From: Chlorobiota bacterium
GTDB taxonomy: Bacteria; Bacteroidota; Ignavibacteria; Kapaibacteriales; NICIL-2
NCBI GenBank assembly: GCA_044228685.1
Contig: JBGAUL010000011.1
Coordinates: 13,886-77,885, forward strand
Direction: 5' to 3'
DNA: 64,000 bases
In this document: in pieces, positions 48,923 through 57,483 of the stretch
How positions within the stretch are numbered: the first letter of the stretch is position 1
How the letters are laid out: each line of letters opens with the position of its first letter
The notes under the pieces: generated by a model
The model's database searches: none
Seen by the model: the letters and a program-made list of their open reading frames with translations, nothing else
Told to the model about the DNA's origin: nothing
Translations under genes and position numbers: made by a program

Positions 48923-49921
48923 CTATTCCTTAACTGACTGTGCGATAATTCTGCTAAGCACAGAGTCGACGAGCGGGATTATCGTCTCGCTGGCAATATC
49001 ACCAATCTCCCCCGCACTGATATCCGGCTGCGCCACTGCATGCAGAGTGCTCAAAGGATAGAATTTGTAGAGATTCCACAACACGCCGTTGTAGAGTGCA
49101 ACACAAGGAACATCAAAAGCTGAGGCGATGTGTACCGGTGCGCTGTCGGGAGTAACCAGTAGATCTGCACGACTAATCATGGCAACAGTGTCGTGGATAT
49201 TCTCAGCATAGAAGGGTATGACTTTGTCCCAACCAATATCCTGAACAATCTTCTTCGCTGTCTCGTGCTCAGGCGGTGCGGCGAGTATCACGACACGACG
49301 TCCCGGTCGCTTCAAAGTGCGCCCCAGCGTCACCCACTTACTTGCTTGCCAGCTGCGTTCGGCTTGTCCGGCTGAGATATTAAACACGATCGTCAACTCA
49401 TGCGCTTTAGGCTTTGGAACAATATCGAAGGAAGCATTGATAGCAACTCGAGAACATTCCAGACGCGGCCTGCGGTTGTGAATGGGCACGCCTAATGGTG
49501 CTAAGGCTTGCAGATTACGGTCAACTGCATGCAAAGGCGGATCATGCGCGTCGTTCTTTGCAGCCTCGGGAACGGAATAGGTAAAGACTTTCTTATTCGA
49601 TGCATTGAAGCCAATTGAAACTTCGGAACGAATCACGCGCGAAAAGAATGTACTCTCTTGCGAGAAATGATCTTTGGGATCAATGAGGATGTCGAATCGC
49701 TCGCTACGCAATGAGTGAAAGGACTGCATCATGTCGACGAGATTCTTGCGATAAACATGCACGACGTCCACCAAAGACTGATGCTCCAGAATCTCATGAT
49801 TGCGCACTGAGGCTAAGACGTGAATCTCTGATTCGGCATAATGCTCTCGCAAGGCCTGTATCAAAGGCGTTGTGAGAATCATGTCGCCGTAGCGACCAAT
49901 TTGAACTACCAGAATTTTCAC
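48923..49921 (-). CDS. Glycosyltransferase family 9 (LPS heptosyltransferase-like)
   Basis: MKILVVQIGRYGDMILTTPLIQALREHYAESEIHVLAS GT9 N-terminus, 332 aa. 14-nt gap to the downstream GT9 paralog. Confidence 0.7.
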   Translation of the reverse strand: MKILVVQIGRYGDMILTTPLIQALREHYAESEIHVLASVRNHEILEHQSLVDVVHVYRKNLVDMMQSFHSLRSERFDILIDPKDHFSQESTFFSRVIRSEVSIGFNASNKKVFTYSVPEAAKNDAHDPPLHAVDRNLQALAPLGVPIHNRRPRLECSRVAINASFDIVPKPKAHELTIVFNISAGQAERSWQASKWVTLGRTLKRPGRRVVILAAPPEHETAKKIVQDIGWDKVIPFYAENIHDTVAMISRADLLVTPDSAPVHIASAFDVPCVALYNGVLWNLYKFYPLSTLHAVAQPDISAGEIGDIASETIIPLVDSVLSRIIAQSVKE

Positions 49922-50031
49922 GTTTAGTCCTTCGTCAACCGCAGTGTTTATCTCTCGCGGACATTAACTCAATTATCGACAACTCAAGGCACTGTTTTAA
50001 CATTCGAGTGTAGCAGAATCAACTGAATCGA

Positions 50032-50913
50032 TCAGCACTCCTCAAAATTCTTGTATTCGCCCATACGCCAGCCGATTTTGTCTTCGATCCAGTCGCTGAT
50101 AGCCACGCGAAACGACTTTGGCTTCAGCGCCTTTTGGGGATCAAACTGACTCGTCCACAGCTCATCACGCTGCATTCTGTCATGCATGATTGCCGGATGT
50201 GACTTGTCGTAGGGTCTGATATCATAGGACTGAATCTGAAACTCATCCGCCGACGGAATATTTTTCTGCATCCATGAATCATCGTGATAGAGTTTATTCA
50301 TGGCCTGCGTTTTGGCGTATTGGTGACGAGGATGACGCACCCATCCGTAATGGAAGATGCGTGCCTCGGTCTGACGAGCTCGTAGCTTGCGAAATGCGCC
50401 ACTGGTTTCTTTCACACGAAAACCTTGAGCATCTCCCCACGATACAACATTGGGATTGCGTTTGAAAGCACGTATCTCTCGTCTGTACCATTGTCTACCT
50501 GCGCCACGATGACGATACGAACCAAAGAGATGAATCCAACGAAACAACAGAGCTTCAACCTGTGGATCTTGATCTGCTTTGCTCATTTGATCGAGAATGA
50601 TCTTAGTATCCTCTTCATGCAACACTTCATCCCCCTGCAAGTACAAGCACCAGTCGCCTTTGCATTCGCGCAAGGCAATGTCGGTTTGTTGAGCGAGTAT
50701 TTTTCCGCCTTCGCGTAGCGCCTCATCCCAAACGGTATCGATGATGCGGAGTTTGGGGTTAACAAGCGATTCGAGGTACTCACGAGTTCCGTCCTGTGAG
50801 TCGCCAACGGCAAGCACGACCTCGTCACAAATGGCAAGCAAGGACTGCAATGACTCTTGGAATGGATAGCCAAGCGATAAACCGTTGCGAATAAAACTGA
50901 ATCCCGATAGCAT
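50032..50913 (-). CDS. Glycosyltransferase (GT2-like, LPS core biosynthesis type)
   Basis: N-terminal ...FSFIRNGLSLGYPFQESLQSLLAICDEVVLAVGDSQDGT... resembles GT2-like LPS-core glycosyltransferases. 293 aa. Confidence 0.5.
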   Translation of the reverse strand: MLSGFSFIRNGLSLGYPFQESLQSLLAICDEVVLAVGDSQDGTREYLESLVNPKLRIIDTVWDEALREGGKILAQQTDIALRECKGDWCLYLQGDEVLHEEDTKIILDQMSKADQDPQVEALLFRWIHLFGSYRHRGAGRQWYRREIRAFKRNPNVVSWGDAQGFRVKETSGAFRKLRARQTEARIFHYGWVRHPRHQYAKTQAMNKLYHDDSWMQKNIPSADEFQIQSYDIRPYDKSHPAIMHDRMQRDELWTSQFDPQKALKPKSFRVAISDWIEDKIGWRMGEYKNFEEC

Positions 50914-51015
50914 AATTCTCCTAAGACTACGCTATACTACGATAGAATTACGGTCATGTGCAACAAAACATTTTTTCGCGCGCTCCAGCTCCTCTATTTT
51001 CGTACATCGTTTAGT

Positions 51016-51173
51016 AAAGGTGCTTCACTGTATAGCTGAAGAGAATAGGGAATCCCGTTAAATCCGGGAACGGTTGCGCCGCCGTGAAGGTTGACAAACT
51101 GTCACTAAATCCACTGCTTTATTGCGGGAAGGACGACAGTGCGAATGAAACCTGAGTCGGAAGACCTGCCTTT
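51016..51173 (+). promoter_or_regulatory. Cobalamin (AdoCbl) riboswitch
   Basis: GAATAGGGAATCCCGTTAAATCCGGGAACGGTTGCGCCGCCGTGAAGG matches the conserved core (AGGGAA..GGTG.AATCC..GC.G..CCCGCCACUG-like). The B12 box AGTCGGAAGACCTGCC is at 51154-51170. Candidate P1 is AAAGG(51016-20)/CCTTT(51169-73). The downstream leader has hairpins and a T9 run before the ATG at 51322. Confidence 0.8.
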
Positions 51174-51321
51174 GCTACTCATCGTGTCCACATGGACTGC
51201 ACTGCGCCAACAGTGCGATGAGGAAACTTCTTCGTTGTGCACTGCGGTCCTCGCAGCACCTTCTAGTCGTTTCCCCTTTCTTTTTTTCGTCGTCCGGCAG
51301 ACGGCACAACTACATTCTAAT

Positions 51322-52419
51322 ATGCGTATTTCTTTTGCGTCACTCGTGCGAGTGTTGCTTGTCGTATCCTGTCTTGTCGGACTCTATAGCTGCACCGACA
51401 CCATAGCACCGGCCGGCACCGGCAGTACTGTCGCCGACTCATCGGTCATTGTTGTTAATCAAGGGGGTTATCAACAGGACAACTCATCTCTTAGTCGAAT
51501 CCTCCGTCGTAGCGATTCTGTGGATCGTAGCTGGTTCTCTAGTGCCAATTCCGGACGAAAGCTCGGAGCAAATGCAAACAACATGCTCATCGTCGGTGAC
51601 ACCGCCTTCATTAGCGTTACCGGTTCTCATACCATCGAGGTTATCAATGTTCGTACCGGTACTCTTGTCAAAACACTGCACCTCGATAACGACGAACAAC
51701 CATGGGTTTTCACACAAGTCAATAGCAGCCTCGCAGCCGTCTCAACAAATAACGCCGATGGCTTGCGCTTGTTTAATCCTAAAACACTGGAGCTTCTGGA
51801 ACGCGTCACAACAGGACCTGCAACACAAGGCATCGCCGCGACTGCCTCTTCGATCTTCGTTGCCAACTCCGGTGCGGGAAGTCTTCGAGATACTGCTGCA
51901 GGCGCCGGCACGATTAGCGTCGTTGACGCGGTGAGTCGTATGACAACGCACCAAATCAACTGCGGCAAGAACGTCACAGAACTTATTTGCAGCGACGATG
52001 CAAAACGTGTTTACGCCTTTGTATCTGAGCTGTGGCCAAGTAAGAAACAACAAGTTGTTGAATATGATGCCGTGAGTTTTCTTGAACGACGTCGCTGGAC
52101 TTTTACAGCTTTGGGATTCATGAACTACTATCAGAACGCAGTGTACGTTTTGGCAAAAGTTGATTCCAACGATGCTGCTTGGAGTGTGCTACGTATTGAT
52201 GTCTCACAGAGCTCCCCAACGCCAACTGCCCTCTTCACTCTTCCCGCGAGCTTTATGCCGAATGGGATGAATATTCGTCGCAGCGATGGAACATTTTGGA
52301 TCTGCGACGCCGTTGATTTCGCCAGCAATGGCTTTGTCTCGGTCATGGATGCACGTGGCACCCAACTCAAGCGCTTCGGCGTTGGTTTAAACCCAGGCAA
52401 CATTTGCTTTTTCCATTGA
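51322..52419 (+). CDS. Surface lipoprotein with YVTN/YncE-type beta-propeller repeats, BtuG-like candidate
   Basis: Lipoprotein signal MRISFASLVRVLLVVSCLVGLYSCTD, and repeats of the type FVANSGAGSL...ISVVD. The longer ORF from 51139 would run through the riboswitch, so 51322 is the supported start. Immediately upstream of the TonB-dependent receptor. Confidence 0.55.
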   Translation: MRISFASLVRVLLVVSCLVGLYSCTDTIAPAGTGSTVADSSVIVVNQGGYQQDNSSLSRILRRSDSVDRSWFSSANSGRKLGANANNMLIVGDTAFISVTGSHTIEVINVRTGTLVKTLHLDNDEQPWVFTQVNSSLAAVSTNNADGLRLFNPKTLELLERVTTGPATQGIAATASSIFVANSGAGSLRDTAAGAGTISVVDAVSRMTTHQINCGKNVTELICSDDAKRVYAFVSELWPSKKQQVVEYDAVSFLERRRWTFTALGFMNYYQNAVYVLAKVDSNDAAWSVLRIDVSQSSPTPTALFTLPASFMPNGMNIRRSDGTFWICDAVDFASNGFVSVMDARGTQLKRFGVGLNPGNICFFH

Positions 52420-52432
52420 ACCTCGTCAATAG

Positions 52433-54391
52433 TTGAACATTCGAGTTCTGATATTGTGTGCCCTGTGCTTGCTACAGGGTCGACTTGATGCATCCGTTGC
52501 ACAGCGCGACACGAGCAGGTATAAGGTTGCGCCTGTGCAGGTTGAAGCCGCACGAGTTGAGCCCGCTCGATTGGTCTCTGGTTCTAGCCTTGCGATTCTC
52601 AGCGATTCCCAATTCACGCGATTGAATATTCGGCAGAGTTCGGATATTCTTCGCATGCTTCCGGGCGTGTTCATACATGAGTATGGCGGATTAGGTGGAA
52701 TAAAGACAGTGTCGCTGAGAGGCGCAACTGCCGCGCAAAGTGCCATCAGCATCGACGGAATGAGTTTGAATTCCTCGCAGAATTCAATCGTCGATCTCAG
52801 CCTGATTCCAACCGGCATACTATCAGAAGTATCTGTTCACGATATTAGCGATCTCTCCGCATCGAACGCCAATGCAATTGGTGGAACGGTATTGATGCAC
52901 ACTCGGAGTCTATCGGACAGCGTTTCACACCTTCGTGCGACGCTGTCCTATGGTTCATGGAATGAACTCAGTGCGGATATCCGATCAAGTTTTGCTCTTG
53001 GCGCATCGTACTTCGCGGCTCTGGGTTTTATGCATCGCCGATGCGACGGTAACTACTCATTCGCATTCAACAACTTTGGTCGTACTGAAACACTACAACG
53101 ACAGAACGCGGATTTATCTGAGTACCAAGTTCATGCTCAGATTGAAGGTAGCGGTGCCGGAGTGAATACTAAGTCATTGCTCATTGCAACGCAGTCGGAT
53201 CGAGGTGCACCGGGTTCAGTGACACAGGGCAACGTTGGACAAAGCTTTGCTCGACTCAACGATCAGCAAGTTATTCTCATTGAGAAAATCAAATTCAATC
53301 TCGATTCCGAGCAAGCGTTGAGTCTGAGCCTGAGTGCAAAACTGAGCAAACAGGTTTATGCAGACCGGAGCTCGCAGTCAATTGGGGTTGCTTTCACGAA
53401 TACATTTCGTGAGCAAGACTGGGGACTGCACCTGCATACACGAAGAAACGTCCTTTCGTGGCTTCAAGCTGAATCGAGCGCGGACCTCGGTCGCGCAGCA
53501 TTGCAGGGCGACCTTCTTAGCGCCGGCGTTGGCAAGTCCGTGCAACGCATCAATGCAGGTATCGGATTTTCACTGAGTACACGCACATTGCTCGTAACAA
53601 ACTCCTTGAGTCTCACGCCGCTCGTCGGACTGCGCTTCGACGCATTGAGCGATGCTCGTCCTTTTTTATCGCCTCGTGCCGGCCTGATCCTGCAATACAC
53701 CGACATACTTGTAATGCGACTCAACTGGGCTCGCGCCTTTCGTCAGCCTTCTTTCAACGAACTCTATTACCAGAACTACGGGAGCACGAATCTGTCGGCC
53801 GAGACATCAGAGTCAGTGAGTGCGGGTTTCGATCTTCATCTTCCACAAGTCGCTTCCATACAAAGCACACTGGCACTGAGTACATTTCACCGCTACACCA
53901 CTAATCAAATCATGGCTGTTCCCCGAAGTCCTTTGACTTGGAGCGCTGTGAATATTGGCGTGGTTGAAGCAAACGGACTTGAGACTGCTGCTGCTTTATC
54001 ACTCGATAGCATCGTACATATTCGCGTCTCTTACACCTACCAAGACGTTCGCGATGCACGTTCGGGCAGTATTCACGAAGGGCAGAGAATTATCTACACA
54101 CCTGATCAACTTCTGGCACTGAGTGCCGGGTTTGATGTGCTGGGATTTCGCTTCGGAGCACAGTTTAGTTTTGTATCGCGGCGCTATTCACAAGCTGACA
54201 ACGCGCCGGAATCTCTACTCCCTGCGTGCACGACTATAGGATGCAGTGTCGAGCGACGATTCAGATTCGCTCAAGTGTATGCATCGCTACGCTTTAGCCT
54301 CGACAATCTGACCGACCAGCAGTACATCATTATCCCCAATTATCCAATGCCTGGACGCTCCTTTCGTCTTAGTGTTGATGTTGGCTTGTAG
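52433..54391 (+). CDS. btuB: TonB-dependent outer-membrane receptor, BtuB-like (vitamin B12 transporter candidate)
   Basis: Plug-domain motifs ...ILRMLPGVFIHEYGGLGGIKTVSLRGATAAQSAISIDGMSLN... resemble BtuB, with a 22-strand barrel-like remainder. Downstream of the cobalamin riboswitch. Confidence 0.7.
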   Translation: MNIRVLILCALCLLQGRLDASVAQRDTSRYKVAPVQVEAARVEPARLVSGSSLAILSDSQFTRLNIRQSSDILRMLPGVFIHEYGGLGGIKTVSLRGATAAQSAISIDGMSLNSSQNSIVDLSLIPTGILSEVSVHDISDLSASNANAIGGTVLMHTRSLSDSVSHLRATLSYGSWNELSADIRSSFALGASYFAALGFMHRRCDGNYSFAFNNFGRTETLQRQNADLSEYQVHAQIEGSGAGVNTKSLLIATQSDRGAPGSVTQGNVGQSFARLNDQQVILIEKIKFNLDSEQALSLSLSAKLSKQVYADRSSQSIGVAFTNTFREQDWGLHLHTRRNVLSWLQAESSADLGRAALQGDLLSAGVGKSVQRINAGIGFSLSTRTLLVTNSLSLTPLVGLRFDALSDARPFLSPRAGLILQYTDILVMRLNWARAFRQPSFNELYYQNYGSTNLSAETSESVSAGFDLHLPQVASIQSTLALSTFHRYTTNQIMAVPRSPLTWSAVNIGVVEANGLETAAALSLDSIVHIRVSYTYQDVRDARSGSIHEGQRIIYTPDQLLALSAGFDVLGFRFGAQFSFVSRRYSQADNAPESLLPACTTIGCSVERRFRFAQVYASLRFSLDNLTDQQYIIIPNYPMPGRSFRLSVDVGL

Positions 54392-54534
54392 TATCATACA
54401 AAGCCCCATTCCGCCTCAGCTTCGCCATTACTGAGGTCGTCGCAAAGTCATTCCTAACACTTGATTGCAGGGTCATCAATGTCATTCCATTTTGTTGATA
54501 AATTCCTCCACACTTCGTCACCTTCTCACCTATT

Positions 54535-57477
54535 TTGCACGCTTGCATTTTTTCACCGTGCAAATCAGGTAATCCTAGTATGAGCGATTCCGCGGCAGCG
54601 AAGCCGAAGAAATACATCCGAATTGCAAACGCGAGAGTCAACAACCTCAAGAATGTAAGCGTCGATATCGAGCGTCAAGCCCTTACGGTTATTACCGGTT
54701 TAAGCGGCTCGGGTAAATCCTCGCTCGCCTTTGACACGTTATACGCCGAAGGACAGCGTCGTTTTGTTGAGTCGCTCTCAGCCTATGCCCGACAATTCCT
54801 CGAACGTAAGAACAAACCTGAGGTGGATTCTATCACAGGATTACCGCCTGCAATTGCAATCGAGCAAAAGACACTGACGCGTAATCCTCGTTCAACCGTC
54901 GGTACGACGACCGAGGTATATGATTATCTGCGTTTGCTCTATGCAAGAATTGGTGTGACCTTGTGTAAGCATTGTGGACGTGAAGTTCGCAAGGACAATC
55001 CACAATCAATTCTCGACGCGGTGTGGTCGTGGAATGAAGGCGACAGAATCTATATCCTCTTTAACCTCAGCACACAAATCAGCGTTGAAGAGCAGCTCAC
55101 CGAATTGATCCGCGCAGGATATACTCGAGTGATGATTGACGGAAGTTTTGATATCATCGATCTGCAAGAAGAAAGCGTTGATGAATCGATTATGGCTGAT
55201 AAAATCTTCGTTGTAAGCGATCGACTTCTGCTTAGCAAGAACGAAGATGTAAAATCCAGACTCTTTGATTCCATCGACACAACTTACAAGCGCGCGAGTG
55301 GAAGCGTGGTGGTGAGAAATGTGACGCTTGGTGAGACATTCATTTTCAATAACAAGTACGAATGTCCTTACGATCACACCGAGTATCAAGAACCTGAACC
55401 AAGACTCTTCTCGTTCAACTCCCCTTTCGGAGCTTGTCCGACATGTCAAGGATTTGGACGTAGCATCGGCATTGACGAAGATCTCGTCATTCCCGATCGC
55501 ACCAAGACTATACGCAACGGTGCCATCCATCCCTTCAAGGTGCAGTATGCGATGCAGTACAACACGGAGCTCACGAAGCATGCCAAGCGCGTGGGCATTA
55601 ATGTTGATGCTGCTGTTGCTTCGTTCTCGGATAAGGAGTACGAGTGGTTGTGGAATGGTGACAGAGAATATCCAGGACTCAATGGATATTTCAAGGAGTT
55701 AGAAGACAAATCGTATAAAGTCCAAAACCGCGTGATGCTTGCCCGCTATCGCGGCTACACTCGCTGCTCCTATTGCGGCGGATCACGTCTTCGCACCTCT
55801 GCGCGACAAGTCTTTGTCGGTTCAAAGAACATTCCGGCTGTCGTGGCGATGACCATTGACAAGGCTTATGAATTCTTCGTCAAGTTGAAATTGACGCCCT
55901 ATCAAAACAACGTCGCTGGCGTGTTGATGAAGGAAATTGTTTGGCGTCTGAAACTACTCGTGGACATCGGCGTCGGCTATTTGACGCTCGATCGTCTATC
56001 TCACACCTTAAGCGGCGGTGAATCGCAACGACTCAATTTGGCGACCTCGCTTGGCTCCTCACTGGTTGGCACTTTGTATGTGCTTGATGAGCCGAGTATC
56101 GGATTGCATCCGCGCGACACGCAGCGACTCGTAGATATCATGCTTCGATTGAGAAATCTGGGCAACACTGTTGTGGTGGTTGAGCATGATACGGATATCA
56201 TGATGCAGGCGGATAAGATCATTGACATGGGACCTCGAGCTGGCGAGCTCGGTGGTGAAGTGGTGTTCAATGGTACAGCCGAAGAAATCATGTTGCACGA
56301 GAAGTCCCTAACCGGACAATATCTCTCGGGCAGACGTCGCATCGAATTACCCGAAAAACGTCGCAAAGGCAATGGCTCTGCCTTGGTCATTGGCGGTGCG
56401 CATGAAAACAACTTGAAGATAGACGAATTGTCGATTCCTCTCGGCTGCATCTGTGTTGTGAGCGGCGTGAGTGGTTCCGGAAAAAGCACACTCGTTCATG
56501 ATGTGATCTACGCAAACCTCAAACGCTTCAGTGGTGGCTACAGTGGCATTGTTGGTAAATGCGAACGACTCGATGGAATGAATCTCGTGACGGATGTTGA
56601 GATGGTTGATCAATCTCCCATTGGACGATCCTCGCGATCTACGCCGGTTACTTACACCAAAGCTTTCGATTCCATTCGCGAGACATTTGCGGCGACACAG
56701 GCAGCACGCCAGCTTGGTTGGAAGGCGGGACACTTTTCCTTCAACGTCACTGGTGGACGCTGCGAAGCCTGCGAAGGCTCGGGCACCGTGGTCGTCGAAA
56801 TGCAATTCCTCCCGGATATCGAATTGGAGTGCGAAACCTGTCGAGGCACACGTTACAAACGTGAAGCCCGCAACATCCTCTTCCGTGGCAAGTCAATCAT
56901 TGATGTGCTTCAAATGACCATCGACGAGGCTGCGCACTTTTTCAAAGGCATGAAGAGAGTGACTGATCGTTTACAGATTCTGCGGGATGTGGGCTTGGGT
57001 TATTTGCGCATGGGACAGTCCTCATCAGTCTTGTCCGGTGGTGAAGCTCAACGTATCAAGCTCGCGACCCATCTCGACGAAGCGAACCGAAAGAATGTAC
57101 TGTACATCTTCGATGAACCAACAACAGGATTGCACCTCGATGACGTCTCGCGTCTCATAGATTGCTTCCAACGCTTGGTCGATCGTGGAAATTCAGTGCT
57201 CGTGATTGAGCATAATACGAGTGTGATTGCGTCTGCCGATTGGGTTATTGACCTCGGACCAGAAGCCGGCGATCGAGGCGGAGAGATTGTATGTACTGGC
57301 ACTCCTGAGCAAGTAGCCAAAGTCAAGAATTCGTACACCGGCCAAGCACTGAAAGCCCTCTTCGAGGGAATGAAGAAGCAAGATCTCGTCTTACCAAAAG
57401 TCAGTGCTGCAGCAGTTACTACAGAAGCACCGTTGGCAGCTAAGAAAGCCCGTGCGGTCCGTAAAAGTCTCAGCTAA
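54535..57477 (+). CDS. uvrA: Excinuclease ABC subunit A (UvrA)
   Basis: Two ABC modules (GLSGSGKSSLAFDTLYAEGQRR...; VSGVSGSGKSTLVHDVIYA...) and Zn-finger Cys clusters (CPTCQGFG, CEACEGSG). The likely start is MSDSAAAKPKKYIRI (about 54580). Confidence 0.92.
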   Translation: MHACIFSPCKSGNPSMSDSAAAKPKKYIRIANARVNNLKNVSVDIERQALTVITGLSGSGKSSLAFDTLYAEGQRRFVESLSAYARQFLERKNKPEVDSITGLPPAIAIEQKTLTRNPRSTVGTTTEVYDYLRLLYARIGVTLCKHCGREVRKDNPQSILDAVWSWNEGDRIYILFNLSTQISVEEQLTELIRAGYTRVMIDGSFDIIDLQEESVDESIMADKIFVVSDRLLLSKNEDVKSRLFDSIDTTYKRASGSVVVRNVTLGETFIFNNKYECPYDHTEYQEPEPRLFSFNSPFGACPTCQGFGRSIGIDEDLVIPDRTKTIRNGAIHPFKVQYAMQYNTELTKHAKRVGINVDAAVASFSDKEYEWLWNGDREYPGLNGYFKELEDKSYKVQNRVMLARYRGYTRCSYCGGSRLRTSARQVFVGSKNIPAVVAMTIDKAYEFFVKLKLTPYQNNVAGVLMKEIVWRLKLLVDIGVGYLTLDRLSHTLSGGESQRLNLATSLGSSLVGTLYVLDEPSIGLHPRDTQRLVDIMLRLRNLGNTVVVVEHDTDIMMQADKIIDMGPRAGELGGEVVFNGTAEEIMLHEKSLTGQYLSGRRRIELPEKRRKGNGSALVIGGAHENNLKIDELSIPLGCICVVSGVSGSGKSTLVHDVIYANLKRFSGGYSGIVGKCERLDGMNLVTDVEMVDQSPIGRSSRSTPVTYTKAFDSIRETFAATQAARQLGWKAGHFSFNVTGGRCEACEGSGTVVVEMQFLPDIELECETCRGTRYKREARNILFRGKSIIDVLQMTIDEAAHFFKGMKRVTDRLQILRDVGLGYLRMGQSSSVLSGGEAQRIKLATHLDEANRKNVLYIFDEPTTGLHLDDVSRLIDCFQRLVDRGNSVLVIEHNTSVIASADWVIDLGPEAGDRGGEIVCTGTPEQVAKVKNSYTGQALKALFEGMKKQDLVLPKVSAAAVTTEAPLAAKKARAVRKSLS

Positions 57478-57483
57478 GAGCGA

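Noticed and set aside
51139-51321. Long 5' extension of the lipoprotein ORF (MRMKPESEDLPLL...)
   Set aside because: It reads directly through the cobalamin riboswitch aptamer. The lipoprotein signal peptide begins at the internal Met (51322), so the extension is a frame artefact.
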